A DNA stretch of 64,000 nucleotides from an uncultured Clostridia bacterium (GTDB taxonomy: Bacteria > Bacillota > Clostridia > TANB77 > CAG-508). Shown here piece by piece: positions 9,909-19,500 of this stretch (within the stretch, counting starts at the first letter, position 1; every line of letters begins with the position of its first letter). The DNA is taken from NCBI GenBank assembly GCA_944390405.1, contig CALXPS010000002.1:2794-66793 (forward strand). Direction: 5' to 3'. Position numbers and translations under genes: made by a program. A model generated the notes under the pieces. The model worked only from the letters and a program-made list of their open reading frames with translations, was not told where the DNA came from and did not search any database.

Positions 9909-10445
9909 TTAATAATATTTCATATAAGATTTAGTTTCTATAAATATTTCTTCTGTTTTACTTCCTGTCTTTTGTATTAAAGGATATAAAATTATAACTA
10001 AAATTGCATTATATATTGCTTCAATAATTACTATCTTCATAAACTCTATAAATGTTGCATCAGCACCTAATAATATTATTTGTAATGTGTAGTTTACAAT
10101 TTCACACAATATTGTTACTGCAATAGTCATTAATATAAAAGTTAATCTATTTTCTTTTGAAAAACTTTTATCTAATATTCCACCTATAAATCCTGAAATT
10201 CCTAACATAATAGCATTTAGTCCTAATCTTTTTCCTATAAATAAGTCTAAAAGAATTCCAAAAATAATTCCCAAAGATAATCCATATATTTTACCCAGAT
10301 ATAATCCAATAAATAATGTAAAAACTATAAATAAGTTTGGCTTTATTCCAGCAATATTATACCAACTAAAAAAGTGTGATTGTAGAAAGTATATAAATAA
10401 AAAAACAATAAAAAATACTGTTATAACTAATGTTTTTTTCATCAT
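9909..10445 (-). CDS. mreD: rod shape-determining protein MreD
   Basis: 178-aa polytopic membrane protein directly upstream of PBP2. MreD-like size and hydrophobicity. Confidence 0.7.
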   Translation of the reverse strand: MMKKTLVITVFFIVFLFIYFLQSHFFSWYNIAGIKPNLFIVFTLFIGLYLGKIYGLSLGIIFGILLDLFIGKRLGLNAIMLGISGFIGGILDKSFSKENRLTFILMTIAVTILCEIVNYTLQIILLGADATFIEFMKIVIIEAIYNAILVIILYPLIQKTGSKTEEIFIETKSYMKYY

Positions 10446-10498
10446 ATCTCCTTTTTTATAAACATTATTATAACAGTATTTATTAAATTTTTCAACCC

Positions 10499-13384
10499 TT
10501 ATATGTCTTTATATTGTCTATATTTGATAAATGCACCTACTCCTATTATAGTTATTATTAATATTCCTGGTATTATATAATCTTCTATTCCTGTAAATGC
10601 TAAGTCTTGATCTTTTACAGTATTATCTGCTGTATTATTCTTGTTGTCTCCTATCTCAATTATATTTGTTTTATCTCCTATAACACCATTATTATTATCT
10701 GAGCTACTATTATTACCTGAATTATTGTTATTATTTTTTTGATTTACCTTTATATTTAATATTTCTGTAACCGTTTTCCCATCTTCCGTATATGAAACTG
10801 TTATTGTTTTATTATTTGTAGATAGCGCTGTAATAGGGAAACAATTATAATTAACTATCTCTTGTCTTGTTCCATCACTATATATTGCTGTTATTATCAT
10901 ACCATCTGGGTTAAATACTTCCCCTTCTGTATATGTTGTTTTATTTGGTTTTGTTGTTATTTCTATACTTTCTAATGTTTTTTCTTCTACTTTTGCTTTA
11001 ACTGTTATTCCTAATTCTGCTGTTTTTCCTTGATAGCTTATTGTTATTTTTTTGTCTGTCGTTTTTAATACTCCATTTGGACTATATATATAATCCTCTA
11101 CTTTTTCTTTTGAATCATCACTATATATTCCTGTTACTACCATTCCTGCTGGATTAAATTTTTCCCCTTCTGTATATGTTGTTTTATTTGGTTTTGTTGT
11201 TATCTCTATACTTTCTAATGTTTTTTCTTCCACTTTTGCTTTGACTGTTATTCCTAATTCTGCTGTTTTCCCTTGATAACTTATTATTACTTTTGTATCT
11301 GTTGTTTTTAATGCTTCATTTGGTGTATATGTATATTCTGTTATTATTTCTTTTGAGCTGTCACTATATATTCCTGTTACTACCATTCCTGCTGGATCAA
11401 ATTTTTCTCCTTCTGTATATTCTATTTTAGTTGGTTTTGTTGTTATTTCTATACTTTCTAATGTTTTTTCTTCCACTTTTGCTTTGACTGTTATTCCTAA
11501 TTCTGCTGTTTTCCCTTGATAACTTATTATTACTTTTGTATCTGTTGTTTTTAATGCTTCATTTGGTGTATATGTATATTCTGTTATTATTTCTTTTGAG
11601 CTGTCACTATATATTCCTGTTACTACCATTCCTGCTGGATCAAATTTTTCTCCTTCTGTATATTCTATTTTAGTTGGTTTTGTTGTTATTTCTATACTTT
11701 CTAATGTTTTTTCTTCCACTTTTGCTTTGACTGTTATTCCTAATTCTGCTGTTTTCCCTTGATAACTTATTATTACTTTTGTATCTGTTGTTTTTAATGC
11801 TTCATTTGGTGTATATGTATATTCTGTTATTATTTCTTTTGAGCTGTCACTATATATTCCTGTTACTACCATTCCTGCTGGATCAAATTTTTCTCCTTCT
11901 GTATATTCTATTTTAGTTGGTTTTGTTGTTATTTCTATACTTTCTAATGTTTTTTCCATGGTTTCATGGTATATACATTCTTCACATGAACATCCAAAAC
12001 AATATATTGAATCACAATCTTCACAATTACATGTACATTCTTGGATATTGTTAAAATTTACGAAACCATTTCCATAATACACATCTTTTCCTTCTGCTCC
12101 CAAATCCTCTGCATAATACTCTAAAATTTCATAAACTTGCTCATTTGTAAATTCTTTATTATAAGATAAAATATTTGCAATTGCAGCTGACATATGTGCT
12201 GTAGCTTGTGAAGTTCCACTACTAATTATAAGCCCTGTAGAAGATAAATTTTCTGGGGAAATCCCTATAATATTTTCACCAGGTGCTACAAAGTCTGTGG
12301 TACTTCCATAATTTGAAAATGTTGATATTGTTAAATCTGTCATAGTTGGTTTTTTATATGTTTCAAATTTATTTACAATCTGCCCTTCTTCATCTATTTC
12401 TAATAAATTGTTTTTTACAGAACCTACTGCAATAACGTCTGGTATAGCTGCTGGATATACCTCATTCCCTAATATATCTGTATTATATGCTATTCCATTT
12501 TCATCACCATTTCCAGTTGCTGCAACAACTATAATACCTTTATCTATAGCTGTTTGTATTGCATCTTGCAAAGCTATTTCGCTACCACTTGCTGATGACC
12601 CTGGTTGTGTTCCTAAGCTCATGTTTATAATATCTACATTTTGCTCAATTGCGTAATTTATTGCTCTTATTATATATTGTCCTTCTGCTTGTCCTTCCTC
12701 ATTTAATAATTTTACAGGAATAATACTAATATTATTTGGAGCACAATCTAATATTGCTCCTGTCATAAAAGTTCCATGCCCATTTTCATCTGTTATATCT
12801 GTACCTCTATCAATAGCATTATATCTATTTTCTGAAATATTTGATAAATATTTTTCTGTTATTACTATATGATTTAAATCTAGACCGGAGTCTAAAACAG
12901 CAATCGTTATAGTTGGAACTTCTGTTTTTTGATTTATTTTATCTTGTAATATATCTAATCCCATTGATGTTCCTGCCCAAGAAGCAAATATTTCTCCATT
13001 AATATCTTTATAATATATTATTTTTTTGTCTATATCATTTTTAGTTTCATACTCTTGGTCTGGAACAATATATTCTATTTTATCATCCTTTTTTAATTCT
13101 TGGTATGCTCTTTGGGTTTGTTCTTCTGTTTCATATTCTAAAACATACATATTTTCCATCAGCTCTTCAATACGTATTGCACCATATGTATCTTCTATCT
13201 CATATGTTGTTTTCAATAATAATGATTTGGTTTTAAAATCTACTTCTTCTTGTTTTTCTAAACTACTTTCAATATTATTATTTCTATTTAAATTTACAAT
13301 CCAAATTGTTCCTCCTGCAGTTAATATGAGAATTAACAATGCAATGATAATTATTTTTATCTGTTTTTTCTTTTTTTGTATCAA
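10499..13384 (-). CDS. cell-wall anchored subtilisin-like (S8) serine protease with five Ig-like repeats and an LAFTG sorting signal
   Basis: Catalytic triad motifs VLDSGLD, HGTFMTG and GTSQATAH. A Cys-rich segment is followed by 5 x 81-aa repeats. The C-terminus is LAFTG + TM + KYRQYKDI. Confidence 0.9.
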   Translation of the reverse strand: MIQKKKKQIKIIIIALLILILTAGGTIWIVNLNRNNNIESSLEKQEEVDFKTKSLLLKTTYEIEDTYGAIRIEELMENMYVLEYETEEQTQRAYQELKKDDKIEYIVPDQEYETKNDIDKKIIYYKDINGEIFASWAGTSMGLDILQDKINQKTEVPTITIAVLDSGLDLNHIVITEKYLSNISENRYNAIDRGTDITDENGHGTFMTGAILDCAPNNISIIPVKLLNEEGQAEGQYIIRAINYAIEQNVDIINMSLGTQPGSSASGSEIALQDAIQTAIDKGIIVVAATGNGDENGIAYNTDILGNEVYPAAIPDVIAVGSVKNNLLEIDEEGQIVNKFETYKKPTMTDLTISTFSNYGSTTDFVAPGENIIGISPENLSSTGLIISSGTSQATAHMSAAIANILSYNKEFTNEQVYEILEYYAEDLGAEGKDVYYGNGFVNFNNIQECTCNCEDCDSIYCFGCSCEECIYHETMEKTLESIEITTKPTKIEYTEGEKFDPAGMVVTGIYSDSSKEIITEYTYTPNEALKTTDTKVIISYQGKTAELGITVKAKVEEKTLESIEITTKPTKIEYTEGEKFDPAGMVVTGIYSDSSKEIITEYTYTPNEALKTTDTKVIISYQGKTAELGITVKAKVEEKTLESIEITTKPTKIEYTEGEKFDPAGMVVTGIYSDSSKEIITEYTYTPNEALKTTDTKVIISYQGKTAELGITVKAKVEEKTLESIEITTKPNKTTYTEGEKFNPAGMVVTGIYSDDSKEKVEDYIYSPNGVLKTTDKKITISYQGKTAELGITVKAKVEEKTLESIEITTKPNKTTYTEGEVFNPDGMIITAIYSDGTRQEIVNYNCFPITALSTNNKTITVSYTEDGKTVTEILNIKVNQKNNNNNSGNNSSSDNNNGVIGDKTNIIEIGDNKNNTADNTVKDQDLAFTGIEDYIIPGILIITIIGVGAFIKYRQYKDI
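10736..11950 (-). repeat. 243-bp tandem repeat array (5 units) inside the S8 protease gene; the three units at 11222..11950 are nucleotide-identical
   Basis: The same 243-nt string restarts at 11221, 11464 and 11707. Two diverged units follow, down to about 10736. Confidence 0.9.
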
Positions 13385-13534
13385 TTAAATCCTCTCCTTT
13401 AAATATTATCATTCTCTTTTATTATGTCATATATTTTTTAATAGTCAATACCCTTTAACAAATATGCATTCTTATATCCTTACGGTATTGCTATTTCTAC
13501 CTTTTATGACATTTTTATGATATTTTTTTACGTT

Positions 13535-13573
13535 TGTAACACTTTTGTAATATAAACTTAATATATTTGTAAT
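13535..13573. promoter_or_regulatory. phased TGTAAY repeats (starts 13535, 13546, 13568; 11-bp register) between the protease gene and the 13636 gene
   Basis: tttgtaacac ttttgtaatata ... tttgtaatatt. Same motif and helical phasing as at 1613-1651. Confidence 0.3.
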
Positions 13574-13635
13574 ATTTTTTTGGTAAATTTTGTTGTATAA
13601 TTATTTTGTACAAATGAATTATAAAGGAGCTACCA

Positions 13636-14751
13636 ATGAATATAGATTATTTGTTAAAAAAAGAAGGAATTTCAAATATTAAAGAATTAGAAACTAGTCA
13701 AATTAAAATTATATCTAAAGACTTAGCCATAAAGCTTTGTCTAGCTTTTCCTGAGCACGATTTAGATAGACAAGCTTTATATAATTCCTTTTGTAATTTA
13801 GATATGTATATTGCAACTATGCCTAAAGACTCTAGTGGTGCAAAATATATTGCAAATACTAATTCAATTTATTTTAACGAAGATTTAGATTTTGCTTCTA
13901 TTCCAGAAGTAGCTATGCATGAATGTATACATTTTATACAAGAAGGAAGACTAAACGGTAAAAATGCTTTTGTTGGTTTAACTTCTTTCACTTCAGGTCT
14001 AGCACTTAATGAAGCTGCTGTACAGCTTATGGCTTCAGAAGCTAATATGTGTAATATTACAGAAGAAAAATATTATGATATTACTATAAGAACGATTAGT
14101 CCTGATTATTATCCTTTGGAATGTACTTTAGTAAATCAAATAACATATTTTACAGGAACATATCCATTGTATCACAGTGTTTTGAATAGTAATGATATAT
14201 TTAAAAATACTTTTATTGCAAAGTTTAATAAGAGAATTTATAATAGAATAACAAGGCAACTTGATAAATTATTAAATTTAGAAGCAGAACTTACTTGCTA
14301 TATAAATGAATTGGGAGAAACAGAAAATCTTAATGACGTTAAAGAATTAAATAGTATAATTTCTGAGCAAAAGCAGAAAATTTCAAATTTATTTTTCAAT
14401 ATTCAGAATTTTATAATTCGTAATTGTTTTTCTTGTGAATTTAACCATATTAATACAATGGAAGATTTAAAAGAAATAAAACATAAATTATATACTTTTA
14501 AAAATATCATTGGTACTACAGAAGGTTATAATTTTTATAACAACTTTTATTGTGATTTAATGAATGCATTAGAACAAAAAAAAGAAGAAATACTTAAATA
14601 TGGTGAGATTAGTCTATTTAAACAAGAATGTACTGCTTTAACACTTGTGGATCAAACAAAAGAAAAATTTAATTTTGTTCATATCTTTATAAAGAAATTG
14701 AAAAAATTATTTAGACTTAATAGAGGAACAATTAATGATTATGATAATTAA
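13636..14751 (+). CDS. hypothetical protein with an HExxH motif (possible metallopeptidase)
   Basis: 371-aa ORF with RBS AAAGGAG. Contains VAMHECIHFIQE. No family recognised beyond the motif. Confidence 0.6.
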   Translation: MNIDYLLKKEGISNIKELETSQIKIISKDLAIKLCLAFPEHDLDRQALYNSFCNLDMYIATMPKDSSGAKYIANTNSIYFNEDLDFASIPEVAMHECIHFIQEGRLNGKNAFVGLTSFTSGLALNEAAVQLMASEANMCNITEEKYYDITIRTISPDYYPLECTLVNQITYFTGTYPLYHSVLNSNDIFKNTFIAKFNKRIYNRITRQLDKLLNLEAELTCYINELGETENLNDVKELNSIISEQKQKISNLFFNIQNFIIRNCFSCEFNHINTMEDLKEIKHKLYTFKNIIGTTEGYNFYNNFYCDLMNALEQKKEEILKYGEISLFKQECTALTLVDQTKEKFNFVHIFIKKLKKLFRLNRGTINDYDN

Positions 14752-14777
14752 AAGGTACCTGTAAATCTGGTACCTTT
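14751..14777. terminator. bidirectional hairpin terminator
   Basis: AAAGGTACC-tgtaaatct-GGTACCTTT followed by a T-rich run, between convergent genes. Confidence 0.6.
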
Positions 14778-14785
14778 CTTTCTTT

Positions 14786-15127
14786 TTAGCTTTCTTGAAA
14801 TTTTGGCTGTTTTAATAAATCTGTTAACACATCATTCAACGCTATAGGCGTTACTTTATTGTTTTTAAGCATTTCAATAATATCGATTATTATATTTTTA
14901 TTTGTTGATATTTTCTTAATACTGTTTGTTTCGAGTTTAACTTTATGTTTGTTGTTGTATTCTTTTTTCACTATTGCTATACCATAAAAAGTTTTTAATT
15001 TTACTTTGTCAACACTGTGTTTTTTAGTAGTATAATATTCTAATCTGATTTTATTATTATTGTTAGTTCTTTCTAGATCGGTTTCATCTAATAAAGTAGC
15101 TCCATGGTAAACTCCTAATTTTCCCAA
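14786..15127 (-). CDS. hypothetical protein (113 aa)
   Basis: Clean ORF of the small conserved clostridial type. No motif recognised. Confidence 0.5.
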   Translation of the reverse strand: MGKLGVYHGATLLDETDLERTNNNNKIRLEYYTTKKHSVDKVKLKTFYGIAIVKKEYNNKHKVKLETNSIKKISTNKNIIIDIIEMLKNNKVTPIALNDVLTDLLKQPKFQES

Positions 15128-15280
15128 TGTACTTTTTTCCCCTTTCTTTAGTATTTATGTAAAATTTTACTCTTCTATAATACAACAAATTGTTTCTAAA
15201 ATCAAGAAAAATCGTTCGTCCTTATTTGTGTATTTTCGACATATTTCGACATTTGAAATTATTAATTAGTTTTTCATGTA

Positions 15281-15311
15281 TGTAAAAGGACGAGCAATGC
15301 TCGCCCCTACA
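15281..15311 (-). terminator. hairpin downstream of frr; copy 2 of the repeated GC-rich hairpin
   Basis: Minus sense: tGTAGGGGCGAGCAtTGCTCGTCCTTTTACa. The core matches 3496-3524. Confidence 0.55.
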
Positions 15312-15331
15312 TTAATTATAATTGTTATTTT

Positions 15332-15880
15332 TTATACACTCATTATTTCTTTTTCTTTATTTTCAATAGCTTTGTCTATTTCAGCTACTTTATTATCAGT
15401 TAGTTTTTGAATTTTATCTTCTGTAGTTTTTAATTCGTCTTCTGTAATCATTCCTTCTTTTTGCTCTGCCTTTACTTTATCCATTCCTTCTCTTCTAATT
15501 GAACGAACTGATACTTTTGCATCTTCTCCCATTTTTTTTATTTCTTTTACTAATTCTTTTCTCCTTTCTTCTGTTAATTCTGGAAAAGCTAGTCTAATGA
15601 CTTTTCCATCATTATTTGGATTTATTCCAATTTCTGCTTTTAATATTTCTTTTTCTATTTCTTTTAATATACTTGCATCCCATGGTTGAATAACAATCAA
15701 TCTCGCTTCTGGAACTGAAATTCCTGCTACTTGATTTATTGGAGTTGGTACTCCATAGTAATTTATCATTATCTTATTTAATATGCTTGGGTTTGCACGC
15801 CCTGCTCTTACTTCTGCTAAATTTTCTTGTAAAACACTTATTGTTTTATTCATCTTTTCTTCAATATTATTTAATTCCAT
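15332..15880 (-). CDS. frr: ribosome recycling factor
   Basis: 182 aa. LAEVRAGRANPSILNKI ... ISVPEARLIVIQPWD ... NPNNDGKVIRLAFPELTEERRKELVK. Confidence 0.95.
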   Translation of the reverse strand: MELNNIEEKMNKTISVLQENLAEVRAGRANPSILNKIMINYYGVPTPINQVAGISVPEARLIVIQPWDASILKEIEKEILKAEIGINPNNDGKVIRLAFPELTEERRKELVKEIKKMGEDAKVSVRSIRREGMDKVKAEQKEGMITEDELKTTEDKIQKLTDNKVAEIDKAIENKEKEIMSV

Positions 15881-15899
15881 AAACTTTCTCTCCTTTTTC

Positions 15900-16604
15900 T
15901 TAGCGTACTATTGTACCTATTTTTTCACCTTTTATAATTTTTACTATATTTTCTGGATTATCTATTCCAAATACTATAAGTGGAATTTTATTATCTCTAC
16001 ACAAAGATGTTGCTGTTGAATCCATTACTTTTAAATCCTTATTTAAAATATCTAAATATGTTATTTCATCATATTTTACTGCATTTTTATCTTGTTTTGG
16101 ATCTGTTGAATATACCCCATCTATTGTTTTTGCAAGTAAAATAACTTCTGAATCTGTTTCTGCCGCTCTTAATGCTGCTCCTGTGTCTGTAGAAAAATAT
16201 GGGTTTCCAGTTCCACATGCAAATATTACTACCCTTCCTTTTTCTAAATGTTTGGTAGCTTTCCTTTTTATATATGGCTCTGCTATTTCTCTCATCTCAA
16301 TTGCTGTTTGTAGTCTTGTAAATATTCCTCTTGCTTCTAATGCATCTTGAAGAGCTAATCCATTTATTGTTGTAGCAAGCATTCCCATATAATCTGATGT
16401 AGTTCTTTCCATTTCGTGTCCATATCTACCTCTCCAAAAGTTTCCCCCTCCAACTACAATTGATACTTGAACTCCCATTTCTACTATTGTTTTTATTTTA
16501 TCGCATATGTTTCCTATGGTTTTTGCATCTATGCCATTTTTTCTTTCGCCTGCTAGTGCTTCTCCACTAAGCTTTAATAAAATTCGCTTATAAGCAATTT
16601 CCAT
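15900..16604 (-). CDS. pyrH: UMP kinase
   Basis: 234 aa. [13 protein letters not shown] ... [10 protein letters not shown] ... [16 protein letters not shown] ... [20 protein letters not shown]. Confidence 0.95.
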   Translation of the reverse strand: MEIAYKRILLKLSGEALAGERKNGIDAKTIGNICDKIKTIVEMGVQVSIVVGGGNFWRGRYGHEMERTTSDYMGMLATTINGLALQDALEARGIFTRLQTAIEMREIAEPYIKRKATKHLEKGRVVIFACGTGNPYFSTDTGAALRAAETDSEVILLAKTIDGVYSTDPKQDKNAVKYDEITYLDILNKDLKVMDSTATSLCRDNKIPLIVFGIDNPENIVKIIKGEKIGTIVR

Positions 16605-16704
16605 TTTTTATTACTCCTTTACAATTTTTTCGTTTACTATTTTATCATAAGTTATATATAAAAATAAATAGTTTTTATAAAAAAAGAACAGATTTTACTC
16701 TGTT

Positions 16705-17292
16705 CTAATTTGCATCAAACTTAATAAAATTTTTTTCTTCTCCAGTTTCTTGTCCTCCATTATATTCTGCAAATGATTTATCTATTTTATTATCTACCAT
16801 TTCTTCTATTGTTTCCTTTTGGGAGTTTTCTGCAAGTGTTAATTCACTTACCAATATTTGTCTAGCATTTAATAACATTTTCTTTTCACCTGTTGATAAT
16901 CCTCTTTCTTTTTGTTTAAAACTTAAGTTGCGAACAACATCTGCAATTTGATAAATATCTCCACTTTTCATTTTTTCCATATTATCTCTATAGCGTTTGT
17001 TCCAATTTAAAGACATTTCTGTAGAATCTGTTTCTAATACCTTAAATACTTTTCCTGCAGTTTCTTCATCTATAATATTACGCACACCAATTTCTTCTGC
17101 CTTTGCTGTTGGAACCATAACTTTAACTTCACCTGGCATTTTTATTATATAATATGATTCCTTTGCACCTAATATATTCTTTTCCTCTATACTTTGTATT
17201 ATTCCTGCACCATGCATTGGATATACTACCTTATCTCCTACATTAAACACTTTTACAGTCACTCCTTTACCGCTTCTTTCTTTTTTTAACAT
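16705..17292 (-). CDS. CarD-family transcriptional regulator
   Basis: N-terminal CarD/TRCF RID-like domain (FNVGDKVVYPMHGAGIIQSIEEK...YYIIK). Confidence 0.75.
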   Translation of the reverse strand: MLKKERSGKGVTVKVFNVGDKVVYPMHGAGIIQSIEEKNILGAKESYYIIKMPGEVKVMVPTAKAEEIGVRNIIDEETAGKVFKVLETDSTEMSLNWNKRYRDNMEKMKSGDIYQIADVVRNLSFKQKERGLSTGEKKMLLNARQILVSELTLAENSQKETIEEMVDNKIDKSFAEYNGGQETGEEKNFIKFDAN

Positions 17293-17402
17293 AATTATTA
17301 TACCACAAAATTTGGTAAAAGTAAATGATTTTTCCAGAAGAAAATTTTAAATTTGTTGCCATTCAGTATACATCTTACATAATATAACACAAAGTAACTT
17401 GA

Positions 17403-17515
17403 TTCAGGAATTATATGTTTTTTCGAAAGAAAATAATCAAACAGCCCACGGCTTCACTCGTAACCCACATAGACCTTTTGATTTTTTCTTGAGAATAAAA
17501 CATATAATTCCTGAA
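17403..17515 (+). repeat. palindromic intergenic repeat, copy A (most diverged); nested in an outer inverted repeat at 17351-17560
   Basis: caggaattatatgtt...aatcaaacagcc...agaccttttgatt...aacatataattcctg. Aligns with the copies at 19501, 24411 and 36939. Confidence 0.8.
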
Positions 17516-17576
17516 TTAAACTAATTGTATATTTACAATTCTGAATGGTAACTTAAATTTGTATTGTATTTTATAA

Positions 17577-18356
17577 TTATATTTTTGTTATTATTAAGTC
17601 TAATTCACTTGTATAACTATTATTTCCATAGCTATAAATAATATATAACACATTATCTTTCACATAGAATTCTGTTGCATTTTCTAATATATATATATCA
17701 CTATCTGGATCCCTTCTATAAACATTAAATCCTTGATCTATTATTGTTTGCTCCTTTTTTATCTCTCCTTGAATTTTTTTGTCTATTTGTTCTTGTAAAC
17801 TTTCTCTTTTTTCCTCTGGTATTAATTCTAATATATCAATCTCTTGATTAGTATCAAGATTGTAATTATATGTTTTTATTATTGTTCTTTGCGCATTATT
17901 GCCTTCTTTGAGTATACATCTTATTGCTAATGATATAATATTTTTATTTATAGAAGTTGTAAAATCAATTGTTAGTACTGTATAAATATTATCCTCGTTT
18001 ATAACATGTAGTATTTCATTTACAAAAATATCATTTATTTCTTTATTTATTCTATTGTCTATTTCATTTGATATATGCACATATGGAATGTTAGCTCTTA
18101 CTGTATATTCCCCTGACTCCTCTTGCTCTATATGATACATTGTTTTTACTTTTTCATTTTCTTCGTTATTAAATGTATCTTTAAATTTCATTTCTAATTC
18201 TTCTACATTTATATTCTCTTCCTCCATAGCTTTTTCTTTTTCATTAATTGAATTTAAACTTACAAATATTACTATTACTATAAATATTATTAATATTGAA
18301 CCTATTGCAATTAATATGATATTTCTTTTTTTTCTCAAATAAATCACCTGTACCAT
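17577..18356 (-). CDS. membrane-anchored hypothetical protein (DUF3298/DUF4163-like, RsiV/PdaC-type fold suspected)
   Basis: 259 aa with an N-terminal TM helix. Family assignment is from general resemblance only. Confidence 0.5.
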   Translation of the reverse strand: MVQVIYLRKKRNIILIAIGSILIIFIVIVIFVSLNSINEKEKAMEEENINVEELEMKFKDTFNNEENEKVKTMYHIEQEESGEYTVRANIPYVHISNEIDNRINKEINDIFVNEILHVINEDNIYTVLTIDFTTSINKNIISLAIRCILKEGNNAQRTIIKTYNYNLDTNQEIDILELIPEEKRESLQEQIDKKIQGEIKKEQTIIDQGFNVYRRDPDSDIYILENATEFYVKDNVLYIIYSYGNNSYTSELDLIITKI

Positions 18357-18459
18357 TATAACATTTTAGTACTTTTTTTTCAACACATTGTAACTTGAGA
18401 TTTATTATCATATGAATGAGGAGATATTTTCATTCATATACTAAAATTGGTGATGTGGA

Positions 18460-19462
18460 ATGTTAAATAGTGTATTCGTTATTATAGGTACTATTATAGG
18501 TGCTGGCTTTGCTTCTGGTAGAGAGATACTTACTTTTTTTAATGTTTATAATTGGTATGGTTTTTTAGGATTAATAATCTCAGAAATTATAATAGGTTTT
18601 GTAATTTATAAATCCTTTCGAATTATTATTAATTATAATATTAACACATACCCACAGTTTATTGATAAAATAGTTGGCAAGTCTGGTTTTATTAATACTG
18701 TTTTTTGTAATATCATTAATATATTTTTGCTTATTTCCTTTATTATTATGGTAGCTGGTTTTTCAGCATATTTTTCACAAGAATTTAATATTCCATATAT
18801 TTTTGGAGCAACACTAATAGCCGTATTATCATTTTTTACTTTTTTAAAAAGCATAGATGGTATTATAAAAATTAATTCTTTTTTTATACCATTCTTAATT
18901 TTTATAATTCTACTTTTAGGTATTAAAAATTTCAATTGTTTTAGTTCACTTGACACTTTAACTATTGAACATAATTTTAATTGGTTTATAAGTGCTTCAC
19001 TTTATGCTAGTTATAATTTAATAATTGTTTTTCCAATTCTAATTGGGTTAAAAAAATGTATTTCTAATTTTAAACAAGCTAAAATTATTTCTATATGTGT
19101 TACTTTTATTCTTATATTATTAGCTATAATTTTATTTTTCTTAATTGAATTTTACTTTACTGAAGTATATAATTTAGAATTGCCAACAATTTTTATTGCT
19201 ACACAATCCGGTAATTTCTATAAATATGTTTGTGGTTTTGTAATATTAGGTGCTATCTTTACAACAGCTATTTCCAGCGGTTATGGCTTTTTGCGTAATT
19301 TTAATAGTTTAAATAAAAAACATTATACTTTTTTGGCTTTCTCTATATGCTTACTTTCAATTGCTCTTAGCAATATAGGCTTCAGTACTTTACTAAGTTT
19401 GCTATATCCCATTTTAGGAATATTACGGTCTATTTCAAATCATATTTATCATCAAACATTAA
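18460..19462 (+). CDS. YkvI-family polytopic membrane protein; C-terminus probably completed by a +1 shift at CGG 19426
   Basis: About 10 TM segments, N-terminus IGTIIGAGFASGREI. The zero frame reads ...YPILGIL-CGG-SISNHIYHQTLKWIQLLSALKELIALSS and runs to 19515, inside repeat copy B. The +1 frame from GGT 19427 gives G-LFQIIFIIKH and stops at 19460-19462. Confidence 0.75.
19426..19428 (+). other. CGG-U candidate +1 recoding site in the ykvI-like gene
   Basis: gga ata tta CGG tct. The CGG is in frame with the start at 18460 (codon 323). Confidence 0.5.
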
Positions 19463-19500
19463 AATGGATACAGTTACTATCCGCTCTAAAAGAATTGATA

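Noticed and set aside
10736-11950. Regularly spaced identical repeats, considered as a possible CRISPR array.
   Set aside because: The period is 243 bp with no unique spacers. The repeats are in frame inside a protease gene and encode Ig-like modules. No cas genes are present.
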